Below, piece by piece: positions 9,537 to 18,431 of a stretch of DNA of 35,607 bases. The DNA comes from Candidatus Heimdallarchaeota archaeon (GTDB lineage: Archaea; Asgardarchaeota; Wukongarchaeia; Wukongarchaeales; JBHIFL01), in contig JBHIFL010000046.1 of the NCBI GenBank assembly GCA_046761065.1, forward strand, positions 1 to 35,607, written 5' to 3'. Position 1 is the first letter of the stretch. Each line of letters opens with the position of its first letter. Position numbers and translations under genes: made by a program. The notes under the pieces are model-generated. The model made no database searches. It had not been told where the DNA came from and saw nothing but the letters and a program-made list of their open reading frames with translations.

Positions 9537-11135
9537 CTATTCGGGCGGGATTTCTTTGAACGCCAATTCAAGAGGAATCTTTGATCGGCGATAGAAGGAT
9601 GAGATGTAGTACACTATAATACCAAGTATTATCAAGACAAACAAGAAAATGAGGAATTTCCATTGAATTGCTCCACCAAAAGCGGGTAGGACGCTTGATA
9701 TGGCAACAATAGAGGCAAATAGAAATGTTAGGAATCCGAAGATTTGAACGATGGGAACACCCATCCACTCTTTCTTGACCATCTCCGGTGCAGCATTGTA
9801 AATGTCTTTGCGACGAATTGGAAAGAGTATCCCTGCGATTCCAGTGACTGCTACGACCAGCATCAACCCTGTGATACCATAAGTGATATAGTCGAACCAA
9901 TCTGTGAACAACCAGATGAATTGAAATACTATTGAGAGTGCAACGACGAAGATAATCGCCACATAGGGTGAATTGTACTTCTTATCAATAGCACTTAATT
10001 TTTCGGGGACAACTCTGTCAAAAGACCAGGCAAACACGTTTCGCACAATTAGGAAGATGTATGCGAGTCCAGCTGCCAGGGGAGTTACTGCATAACCTAG
10101 ATTGACCAAGAATAATAGCAAAATGTTATCTGTCGCATAAAACATCATAGATTGAGGATAGGGTTCAGGGAACGACAAATTGTATGCTGGATCCCCTTCC
10201 ACACTTAAATAGGAAATAGCTCCAGTAAAGGAAGCACCCATCGTTTTGTAGGTACCTAGGTATACTAATAACATTAGAGTGCAGAAAATCACAAGACCGC
10301 CAACAATTGCAATAAGCTGGGATCTACGGACATCTTTGATCTCACCGGCAACGTAAGAGCTGAAGTTGAAGCCTGTTAAGTTCAAAAAGCTATAAACGAT
10401 CCCGAGAACAGTACCTCCTAGAGTAAATCGGACAACATCAGGCTCCAAGGCTTTTGCTGCATTGATGGTGGCATCGTAGTTCATTCCTGATTCCGCATTG
10501 AATTTGGTGACAAATGTTTCATGGCTAATGAATAGCATACTAAGGATATATAATAGGGTTCCAACGATGATTAAGGCAAACATCACCCATTGTGCCTTAA
10601 AGGCGGTTCTTGTACCTCGAAAGACGATGTATGCCAGTGCTAGAAAATAGAAGATTCCTAAAACCGTCACAACCCATGGATCCGCAAGCCATTCGCCAAA
10701 ATTAATAAGGCTGTTGTTTCCGCTCTGTTCACCCCATAGTTGGAAGAAGGGGCCAATACTGTATTGCAAGCACCACCCAGGTTCTACAGCTATGAAGGTC
10801 ATTAAGACAAAGCAGACTATGAAGTTGAACGTAAAACCAATTGCAGGATGGATGATTCGGCTCACCCAGATATAGTCGCCTCCTGATCTTGGCATTGCAG
10901 CAGACAAAAGTACGTAGAGTATACCCATGATAACACTCATTGGGAGTGCGATTAACATTGTTGTGGGCAGGTGGACCCCTGGATAGAGTCCTGCGCCCCA
11001 GACGGTGTAGATGAAGACAAAGAGAACACCCATGTTCACCATGTTATACATCATTGCGTCATATGCGCCTACTGATCGTGTTAGACCAGATGCTGTTCGT
11101 GCAAAGACTCTTGTAGGCTCTTTCGATTCGGACAT
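9537..11135 (-). CDS. APC-family amino acid/amine permease
   Basis: About 12 hydrophobic segments; FARTASGLTR, AMPRSGGDY, GEIKD, RNVFAWSFDRVVP; AGGAG SD. Confidence 0.92.
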   Translation of the reverse strand: MSESKEPTRVFARTASGLTRSVGAYDAMMYNMVNMGVLFVFIYTVWGAGLYPGVHLPTTMLIALPMSVIMGILYVLLSAAMPRSGGDYIWVSRIIHPAIGFTFNFIVCFVLMTFIAVEPGWCLQYSIGPFFQLWGEQSGNNSLINFGEWLADPWVVTVLGIFYFLALAYIVFRGTRTAFKAQWVMFALIIVGTLLYILSMLFISHETFVTKFNAESGMNYDATINAAKALEPDVVRFTLGGTVLGIVYSFLNLTGFNFSSYVAGEIKDVRRSQLIAIVGGLVIFCTLMLLVYLGTYKTMGASFTGAISYLSVEGDPAYNLSFPEPYPQSMMFYATDNILLLFLVNLGYAVTPLAAGLAYIFLIVRNVFAWSFDRVVPEKLSAIDKKYNSPYVAIIFVVALSIVFQFIWLFTDWFDYITYGITGLMLVVAVTGIAGILFPIRRKDIYNAAPEMVKKEWMGVPIVQIFGFLTFLFASIVAISSVLPAFGGAIQWKFLIFLFVLIILGIIVYYISSFYRRSKIPLELAFKEIPPE

Positions 11136-11297
11136 GTTTTTTTCTCCTTATTTTTTTGTGAAAGTGAATCAACTGTAGTTTAAAAAATTTTGGCGCCTTT
11201 TTTTAATTTATAAAAAATATATATTTATAAACAAATGACAAGCGAATTTTTGAGGTATTTGAAAGAAAAGAAGGTAATAATAAATTAATATCATATC

Positions 11298-11311
11298 TCT
11301 TGATATCAAGA
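11298..11311. promoter_or_regulatory. 14-bp perfect palindrome, candidate operator upstream of the permease
   Basis: TCTTGATATCAAGA flanked by CATAT...ATATG. Confidence 0.4.
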
Positions 11312-11550
11312 TTATATGGTTTCCATAACCGAGTAAAAGTTACTTTGGAACACTGTTGGCAATTAAATTTCATGGATTTCTCATCAGGAATGTCTATTCA
11401 ATTAAATATGCTTGAAGTTCTCTTCTAAGGTTTTATATACAAAGATGCCACGCTATCACGTAACTATACATCATTTTTATAGATCGCTTGGAACGAATTG
11501 TTGTAAGGTTCGTCTCCTTGCAATGCTCGTGTGTTTACTTTTTATCGGTC

Positions 11551-12414
11551 TTAATCTTGTTTACAGATGATACCGTACAATTCTGGTCTGCGATCTCGTA
11601 AAAGCTTTGTCTCATGACGACGTTGTTTAACCTGAGCTAGATCAATTTCTGCTGTGATGATGTCTTCTTGATTTTCTGCTGCTTGAGCAATGATCTGCCC
11701 AAGAGGATCTACGATCACACTCCCACCGAATGAGATTTCCTCCATTTGTTGTCCTCGAAATGTGAAGGATTCCTTTCCAACCGAATTGCAGGCAACAATA
11801 TAAATGCCATTATGATAGGCCATGGTTGCTTTTTGATGATACCACATATAGGCAAAGCTTTCGGGTGACGCACTACTGAAAGTCACGATCTCAGCCCCCA
11901 TGAGGGTTAAAACCCGCCAAGTTTCTGATAAGTCGCTATCTTGGCAGATGAGCATTCCAATATTCCCAAGTTCTGTTGGATATACATAGAACCTGTTTCC
12001 ACGGCGGAATATCTCTGGCTCTTGAGAAACCGCCGCCCATTTCAGGTACAAGGCTAAATGTGTTTTACGGTATTTTCCAACAACCCCATTTGGTCCATAT
12101 AAGACAACTGTGTTATAAAAAACCCCTTTAACCTCTCCTTCCTCGGGCATCCCCACAACAAGATAGATGTTATGTTCTTTTGCCACTGCTTCAAGTTTGT
12201 TGGTTATGGGACCTGGAATCTTCTCTGCCAACTCAAAGAAAGCCTCGCCGCAATTGTAGCCTGTCAGGGAGAGTTCTGGGAAGACCACCAGTTTTACATT
12301 TTCTTGGGCCACTTTATCGATCCTATTCAGAATTTTTTCTAAATTCGCTTCTTTATCGGCTAATTTCGGCTCTATCTGTACACAAGATGCTTTAAACTTT
12401 GGAAATGCAGACAT
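11551..12414 (-). CDS. Carbon-nitrogen hydrolase (nitrilase/amidase superfamily)
   Basis: Catalytic Glu (VFPEL), Lys (YRKTHL), Cys (LICQD); C-terminal DRRPELY. Confidence 0.93.
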   Translation of the reverse strand: MSAFPKFKASCVQIEPKLADKEANLEKILNRIDKVAQENVKLVVFPELSLTGYNCGEAFFELAEKIPGPITNKLEAVAKEHNIYLVVGMPEEGEVKGVFYNTVVLYGPNGVVGKYRKTHLALYLKWAAVSQEPEIFRRGNRFYVYPTELGNIGMLICQDSDLSETWRVLTLMGAEIVTFSSASPESFAYMWYHQKATMAYHNGIYIVACNSVGKESFTFRGQQMEEISFGGSVIVDPLGQIIAQAAENQEDIITAEIDLAQVKQRRHETKLLRDRRPELYGIICKQD

Positions 12415-12709
12415 TTATCGCCACCTTTACCATGGTATTTGATTTTCGCCATTACATTTTTTTTCTAAAATTTGCAGCATATTTATTTCGGGAACTTAGA
12501 AATAATTTAGTCTTAAAAGTTTCTACTAATATATCCCATATCAATTGAGTAGCTTTGTTGGATCCTGGACGCGACAAACGCTTTATAAAGTACGATTTTT
12601 TGTTTATTACACCATCACAAAATCAGAAGAGCCATGATATAGATAATTTGGAACCCAATCTTGAGCATTTAAGCATATCAGTGAATATTTTTAATACTGT
12701 TCGATACAA

Positions 12710-13528
12710 TTAGCGAGAGACTTCTTCTACATCACGCCACCATTGCTTTTTTGGACCTTTTTTAGCTCTTTTTTGCCATTTCTTGGTTTTTTTAACGGAT
12801 TCAAGGGATTCTAACATTGTTTGAATCTTTTGATTCACATCTAAAAAATCATCATCCTTGAGAAGGTTCTTTTTACTGTACTTTTTGGCAAAGGTTTGGA
12901 CTTTTTCTAGATTTAATTTCACTTCGTACCAAAATTCCCAGTCATCAGCTAGTAGGTCATTGATATATTTAAGATTAATGTACTCTCGTTCGTCCGTTTG
13001 TCCTATTTCATGAGCTCTCAATAATACAATTATATCTTTAATATCCTTCTCATTGATTTCATGAATCTGTGTCTTCTGGAGAATAATATCTGCGAGGGGG
13101 ATTGTTGGTGAGTCTAATTCTAATCGGCCTTTTTTAGGCTTCGATCCAAAATAAATATTGTGACAAAACTCCAATTGATCAAAAAAAACATCAACATGGA
13201 ATTTATGTCCGGGAGGGTAATAAATTAAGCGTGTATTCCCATGAAAAAAGAGAACATGCTTATCTATCTCATAATTCATTTTTTCTTCAAAGAATTTTCT
13301 AATATCAGATCTTTGTTTACTGTAAGCAACGAAATCTATATCTGTAAAGAGTTGTTCATTACCTCCTAGCCGTTCCAACCTCTTATGAAGTGCTTTAAAA
13401 CCCTCACTATGAATTCGTACAGCTAATGCACCTAAAATCCTGAGGATTACACCATCGTTTTCTGCTTCCTCCACCAGATTACAGGCAGCCATTAAGATCT
13501 GGACATCATTGATAAGATTTTGAGTTAT
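12710..13528 (-). CDS. Uncharacterised nucleotidyltransferase-fold protein
   Basis: Pol-beta superfamily signature ILGALAV...TDIDF, third Asp in HVDVF, helical K...KDIKD. First ATG is 13492; possible ATA start at 13528 behind GGAGGA. Confidence 0.75.
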   Translation of the reverse strand: MTQNLINDVQILMAACNLVEEAENDGVILRILGALAVRIHSEGFKALHKRLERLGGNEQLFTDIDFVAYSKQRSDIRKFFEEKMNYEIDKHVLFFHGNTRLIYYPPGHKFHVDVFFDQLEFCHNIYFGSKPKKGRLELDSPTIPLADIILQKTQIHEINEKDIKDIIVLLRAHEIGQTDEREYINLKYINDLLADDWEFWYEVKLNLEKVQTFAKKYSKKNLLKDDDFLDVNQKIQTMLESLESVKKTKKWQKRAKKGPKKQWWRDVEEVSR

Positions 13529-14034
13529 TTTTTATTCCTCCAAATATTGTTTATCTTCAATTTAAGAGAAGTCTCTAATCATCTTTTTTAAATTTTAATG
13601 ATCCCTTCAATTCCAAACAAACTATAACAGGACTAGATGTTAGAATTCTATAATAACGTCCTATTATTATCTGGTTAAAAAACGCTATAAAGGAGCAGAT
13701 AAAGGAATTCTTACTTCTGTCTATATCTGACATACCTCATATCGATTTATTATAACTCATATGACATTAAATCCAAAAGTAATGAGAATCGTGGTTTTCT
13801 TTTTTTACAATCTGGTTTAGCAGGAATATATATTTTTGACCTGATGAGATACAAACAAAATGAGTTTAAGAGTTGGAAAATGTTGAATTCATCCCTTGTC
13901 AAAAATAAAACACAAATAAAGGATTTACTGAAGATAGAAAAGGCAATATTTACTTATAAAAACACTATTATTTTAACGAAAAAAACTTAGAGTACTAAAC
14001 TATTAGTAATTACTAAAAAACCAAGCAAGGAACG

Positions 14035-14619
14035 ATGATGATGCCAAATAAGGTCATTGAAACCCCATTTACTGCCGTAGTTCCCTCTCCTGTGGTGATG
14101 GTAAGCTGTAAAGGAAAAGAACTGGATAGCAAACCAAATATAATCACCCTTGCATGGGTCGGAATTGTATGCTCCAAGCCTCCGATGGTCGGTATCTCCA
14201 TCCGACCGAAACGATATTCTTATTTGTTGATTAAAGAAAGTGGAGAGTTTGTTGTGAACATCCCCAATGAGAAGCTCTTAGCTGCAACAGATTATTGTGG
14301 CCAGGTTTCTGGAAAGCAAGTGGATAAATTTGCTATGACGAAGCTGACGCCAGGTCCTTGTGATAAAGTCGCTGCACCAATGATCAACGAATGTCCTGTG
14401 AATTTGGAGTGCAAGGTAACTCAAATCATTCCTGTGGGAGCACACCACCTGTTCTTAGGGGAGATTGTTGCTGTTCACATCGATGAAGCAATAAAGGGTA
14501 ACAAGGCTATGGACATCGGAAAGTTGGCTCCAATCGCCTATTGTTCTGGTTCCAGCGATTATTGGGGTCTTAAGGGGCCACTCGGAAAATATGGATTTGC
14601 TAAATCTGCTTTTGACTAA
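14035..14619 (+). CDS. Flavin reductase-like FMN-binding split-barrel protein (flavoredoxin family)
   Basis: PSPVVMVS, NIITLAW, SGEFVVNIP, CGQVSG...DKF, ECPVNLECKV, HHLFLGEI. Confidence 0.92.
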   Translation: MMMPNKVIETPFTAVVPSPVVMVSCKGKELDSKPNIITLAWVGIVCSKPPMVGISIRPKRYSYLLIKESGEFVVNIPNEKLLAATDYCGQVSGKQVDKFAMTKLTPGPCDKVAAPMINECPVNLECKVTQIIPVGAHHLFLGEIVAVHIDEAIKGNKAMDIGKLAPIAYCSGSSDYWGLKGPLGKYGFAKSAFD

Positions 14620-14770
14620 ATAGCTTCCACCGCTCCTCAGAATATTACATCTTCAATGGAATTTAGGTAAGATCCAAAGCCTTTGAGGTCATATGACTAA
14701 GACCCAGCATAAACCTTCTCCTGATTCGAGATTTAAGAGATATTATTATAACTAATATGTGTTGGAGTGA

Positions 14771-14788
14771 TGATGACAATTGTCATCA
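14771..14788. promoter_or_regulatory. 18-bp perfect palindrome upstream of the polyferredoxin-hdr genes
   Basis: TGATGACAATTGTCATCA, about 20 nt downstream of an AT-rich TATA-like tract. Confidence 0.45.
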
Positions 14789-15134
14789 ATAAAAAAAGGA
14801 CGTCTGACAATGTTCACTCAAGATCATCACTATCGTATGTAATTGGCTAAAAAGCAGATGATCCTACATGAAGATTTAAAGCAAAGCTCTTCAAAGACAA
14901 TTCGTGTAATCAATAATTTCATTGTGTCTCGTAGCTCGTAGGACAATTTAATTCTTGAATGCGTGCGAATGAACACTTCTAAGAACTGGATATTCTGCGT
15001 TGTGATTAGAAGAATACAGGAGTACAAAGGAGAAAATTAACGATATGATCTAACAACCATTGAACTCTTCCGTTTCAGGCTGAATTTCTCTCCGGTTCTT
15101 ACCTTAGAAAAGACTGTTTATGGTGAGGAAAAAC

Positions 15135-15827
15135 ATGACTACTGCTCGTATTGTACGGAACATCACTCCAAACAAAATTACTATAGAAATGAAAATGCTC
15201 ACGGATATCATCCAATTAACTCTTGATCGAGATCTTTGTCAAGGATGTGATATTTGCAGTACAGTTTGCCCCAAAGACGCTGTCAAGATAGGTCCTGTAG
15301 GTGGAGGTCGGAAAGGGGCCACTTCTATGCCATCTATCATCATTGATGAAGATCAATGCGTCCTTTGTGGGGTATGCATTTTGCTGTGCCCCTATGGAGC
15401 TTTGTCCCTTGAAATAAATGGCGAACAACGAACAATTCTCGCCGAATACCAGGCACTTCCTCCATTGGACTTTAAAGAAGTGCGAAACGATCAAACAGGC
15501 CTTAAAGGCCTAAAGTATCTTGAAGGTGAGATCCGTGTAGAACCCACAAAATGTCCTGGTGGGTGCAGTACCTGTATAGATGTTTGTCCCTTTGGAGCAT
15601 TTTACCTTCCCCAATCCGAACATCCTTGGGACAAGCTCCCCCGAATCGCGGTGGATGAAGAGAAATGTATATTCTGTGGAACGTGTGTTCTGGCATGTCC
15701 TGCCTTTGACGCAATCACACTTAAACGAAAAACGGTTAAGTGGGCAGGGGAACTGACACGATTTGCCAAAGAGCTAGAAGAAAAATTAGTTGAGCCCAAG
15801 GTGTCACGAAGACTGGGACGGGAGTAA
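15135..15827 (+). CDS. 4x[4Fe-4S] polyferredoxin, FwdF-like (half length)
   Basis: CQGCDICSTVCP, CVLCGVCILLCP, CPGGCSTCIDVCP, CIFCGTCVLACP; GGTGAGG SD before ATG 15135. Confidence 0.85.
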   Translation: MTTARIVRNITPNKITIEMKMLTDIIQLTLDRDLCQGCDICSTVCPKDAVKIGPVGGGRKGATSMPSIIIDEDQCVLCGVCILLCPYGALSLEINGEQRTILAEYQALPPLDFKEVRNDQTGLKGLKYLEGEIRVEPTKCPGGCSTCIDVCPFGAFYLPQSEHPWDKLPRIAVDEEKCIFCGTCVLACPAFDAITLKRKTVKWAGELTRFAKELEEKLVEPKVSRRLGRE

Positions 15828-15878
15828 AGCTGCAATCCCTCTTTAATAATTCAAGCAAAAAATTAGGAGAGATCTAAA

Positions 15879-17855
15879 ACGCCGAAAAAAAGTCCACGGA
15901 TCGGCTTATACGTTTGCCATTGTGGCACAAACATCGCCGGTATTATAGATGTGGAAAAAGTCCGAGCATTTGGAGAAAAACTCCCAGGTGTGGTTGTTTC
16001 TCACGATTATAAATTCATGTGCTCAGAACCCGGACAAAAGCTCATTATAAACGATATTAAGGAACACCGATTAGATCGCGTAGTGGTCGCGGCCTGTTCC
16101 CCCCGCTTACATGACCCTACCTTTCGCGGCGTGTGTCGGGAGGCTGGACTGAATCCCTATCTGACTGAAATGGCTAACATTCGGGAACAGTCCTCTTGGG
16201 TCCACATGGAGGAAAAAGCTAAAGCCCTCAAAGTGGCACAAGACCTCATTTATGGCATTGTTGAGAAGGCCAAATATCTGGAACCATTAGAAACAAAGGA
16301 GGTTTCTGTGACTCCTTCCTGTTTGATCATCGGAGGAGGAATCACTGGCATTTCGGCCGCCCTTGACATCGCCGATGCGGGATATAAGGTTTATTTAGTG
16401 GAAAAAAGCCCTACCATCGGTGGCCGCATGGCACAGCTAGATAAAACCTTCCCTACCATGGACTGTAGCTCCTGCATTCTTACCCCGAAAATGGCGGCAA
16501 TTGGCCACCATCCCAATATAGAGTTGCTCACCTACAGCGAACTGAAAAACCTCTCCGGTTTTGTAGGGAACTTCAAGGCTACAATTATGAAAAAACCACG
16601 ATATGTAACCAGCGAATGCACCGGCTGTGGGGAATGTGTCCCGGTATGTCCTGTGTACGCCCCCAATGAGTTCGAAGAAGGGCTGGCAGCACGAAAAGCC
16701 ATCTATATACCTTTCCCTCAAGCAATTCCTAACTGCTATACGATTGACATGGACCGGTGCATTCGGTGTGACCTTTGCCTTCGCATCTGTGAAGAACAAG
16801 CAAAAGCCGTCGATTTCACTCAAGTTCCGGAAGAACTCGAATTGGATGTGGGAACAATTATTGTCGCTACGGGTAACGATATTTTTGAGGGAATGGGCGC
16901 CATTGGACACGGCATCGAGGAATACGGGTATGGAACCTTCGCCAATGTGATTACGGGCCTCCATATGGAACGCCTCCTCAGTTCTACAGGACCGACAGGA
17001 GGTAAACTGGTTCGGCCCGGCGATAAAAAAGAGCCTACCACAATCGCCTTTATTCAGTGTGTTGGATCCCGGAACCAAGCGAGCTTAAATCCCTGGTGTT
17101 CTCGAGTTTGCTGTATGTACGCCCTTAAACATGCCCGTCAGATAAAGGAAAAACACCCGGAGGCGAATGTCTTCATCTTTTACATGGATATTCGCGCGTT
17201 TGGTAAGGGCTATGAAGAGTTCTATGAAATTGCTCAAAGCCAATATGGGATTCAATTCATCCGAGGCCGCGTCTCGGAACTCATAGAAGATCCAAAAACG
17301 AAAAATATCCTTATTCGCGGTGAAGACACCCTACTTACCAGGCCAATTCAACTTGAAGCAGATCTTGTTGTTTTATCGGTCGGTTTGGTACCGCGGCAGG
17401 ATGCACAAACGCTTGCTACCCTCCTCAACATTTCCCGAAGTGCAGATGGGTTCTATCTAGAAGCTCATCCTAAACTCGCGCCCTGTGATACCACCTTGCA
17501 AGGGATCTTCCTCGCTGGCACTGCACAAGGCCCAAAAGATATTCCAGATTCGGTTGCTCAAGGAAAAGGAGCCGCATCAGGCGCTTTAGCATTAATGCGG
17601 CGTGGAATCGTCGAGATAGAGCCATACGTCCCCGAGGTGGATCTTGACCTCTGCTCAGCCTGTGAGATGTGCGTTCAAGCATGTCCTTACCATGCTATTG
17701 AAATTAGTGATACATCCGGAAAAGCTTTGGTTAATGAAGTTTTATGCCATGGTTGTGGCATTTGTAACGCCGAATGCCCTACTGGTGCCATTCAACTCCG
17801 CTCTTTTAAAGACACCCAGCTTTTAGCTCAAGTAATAGCCCTTTTGGGGGAATAA
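15879..17855 (+). CDS. hdrA: Heterodisulfide reductase subunit A (flavin-based electron bifurcation subunit)
   Basis: RIGLYVCHCGTNIAG (upstream of the ORF-track GTG 15951), ACSPRLH, NIREQSSWVH, IGGGITG, KTFPTMDCSSC, CSRVCCMY, YMDIRAFGK, GPKDIPDS, two ferredoxin domains. Start inferred at ACG 15879. Confidence 0.95.
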   Translation, partial: TPKKSPRIGLYVCHCGTNIAGIIDVEKVRAFGEKLPGVVVSHDYKFMCSEPGQKLIINDIKEHRLDRVVVAACSPRLHDPTFRGVCREAGLNPYLTEMANIREQSSWVHMEEKAKALKVAQDLIYGIVEKAKYLEPLETKEVSVTPSCLIIGGGITGISAALDIADAGYKVYLVEKSPTIGGRMAQLDKTFPTMDCSSCILTPKMAAIGHHPNIELLTYSELKNLSGFVGNFKATIMKKPRYVTSECTGCGECVPVCPVYAPNEFEEGLAARKAIYIPFPQAIPNCYTIDMDRCIRCDLCLRICEEQAKAVDFTQVPEELELDVGTIIVATGNDIFEGMGAIGHGIEEYGYGTFANVITGLHMERLLSSTGPTGGKLVRPGDKKEPTTIAFIQCVGSRNQASLNPWCSRVCCMYALKHARQIKEKHPEANVFIFYMDIRAFGKGYEEFYEIAQSQYGIQFIRGRVSELIEDPKTKNILIRGEDTLLTRPIQLEADLVVLSVGLVPRQDAQTLATLLNISRSADGFYLEAHPKLAPCDTTLQGIFLAGTAQGPKDIPDSVAQGKGAASGALALMRRGIVEIEPYVPEVDLDLCSACEMCVQACPYHAIEISDTSGKALVNEVLCHGCGICNAECPTGAIQLRSFKDTQLLAQVIALLGE

Positions 17856-17858
17856 CAA

Positions 17859-18431
17859 TTGACTGAAAGTCAAAGTGAATCACCTAGTGACACAAAACCG
17901 GAAGTGTTAAATCTTAATGAGGTCGATCAGACCTTTATCAAGGAGATCGTTAAAGCTGGCGGCGAAAACGTTTTTGCTTGCTATCAATGTGGTACTTGCA
18001 CGGCAGGATGCCCCGCTGGCTGGAAAACTGGTTTTAAAATTCGCACTATTCTTCGGAAATCGATTCTTGGCTTGAAAAAAGAAGTGATTTCAGATCAAGC
18101 TATCTGGAACTGTACCACCTGTTATACGTGTTACGATCGCTGTCCTCGAGATGTCCGTCCGACTGAAGTGATTAAGACTATTCGAAACCTAGCAGTTGAA
18201 GGAGGTTACATGCTCGAGTCTCATAAGGCAGTATCACATTTTGCCCTAAAATTGGGGCACGCAGTTCCGATCAATGAACAATTTGCGGAGCTACGTGAAG
18301 CCCTTGGGTTAGCACGGCTGCCGCCAAATGCTTCCAGTAATCAAAACGCCATTAAAGAATTTCAAAAGATAGCTAAGCGAACCAAATTCAAGGAACTAGT
18401 GGGCTTCCAAGAGGAGGAGTCCCCCAAATGA
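17859..18431 (+). CDS. hdrC: Heterodisulfide reductase subunit C
   Basis: CYQCGTCTAGCP and WNCTTCYTCYDRCPRDV; GHAVP; lies between hdrA and hdrB. Confidence 0.95.
   Translation: MTESQSESPSDTKPEVLNLNEVDQTFIKEIVKAGGENVFACYQCGTCTAGCPAGWKTGFKIRTILRKSILGLKKEVISDQAIWNCTTCYTCYDRCPRDVRPTEVIKTIRNLAVEGGYMLESHKAVSHFALKLGHAVPINEQFAELREALGLARLPPNASSNQNAIKEFQKIAKRTKFKELVGFQEEESPK

Noticed and set aside
15825-15866. Polyferredoxin-HdrA readthrough fusion (same frame)
   Set aside because: Two stops (TAA 15825, TAG 15864) and a dedicated SD intervene.
15879-17855. Selenocysteine-containing HdrA
   Set aside because: The frame has no internal TGA; the relevant motifs (e.g. MDCSSC) use Cys.
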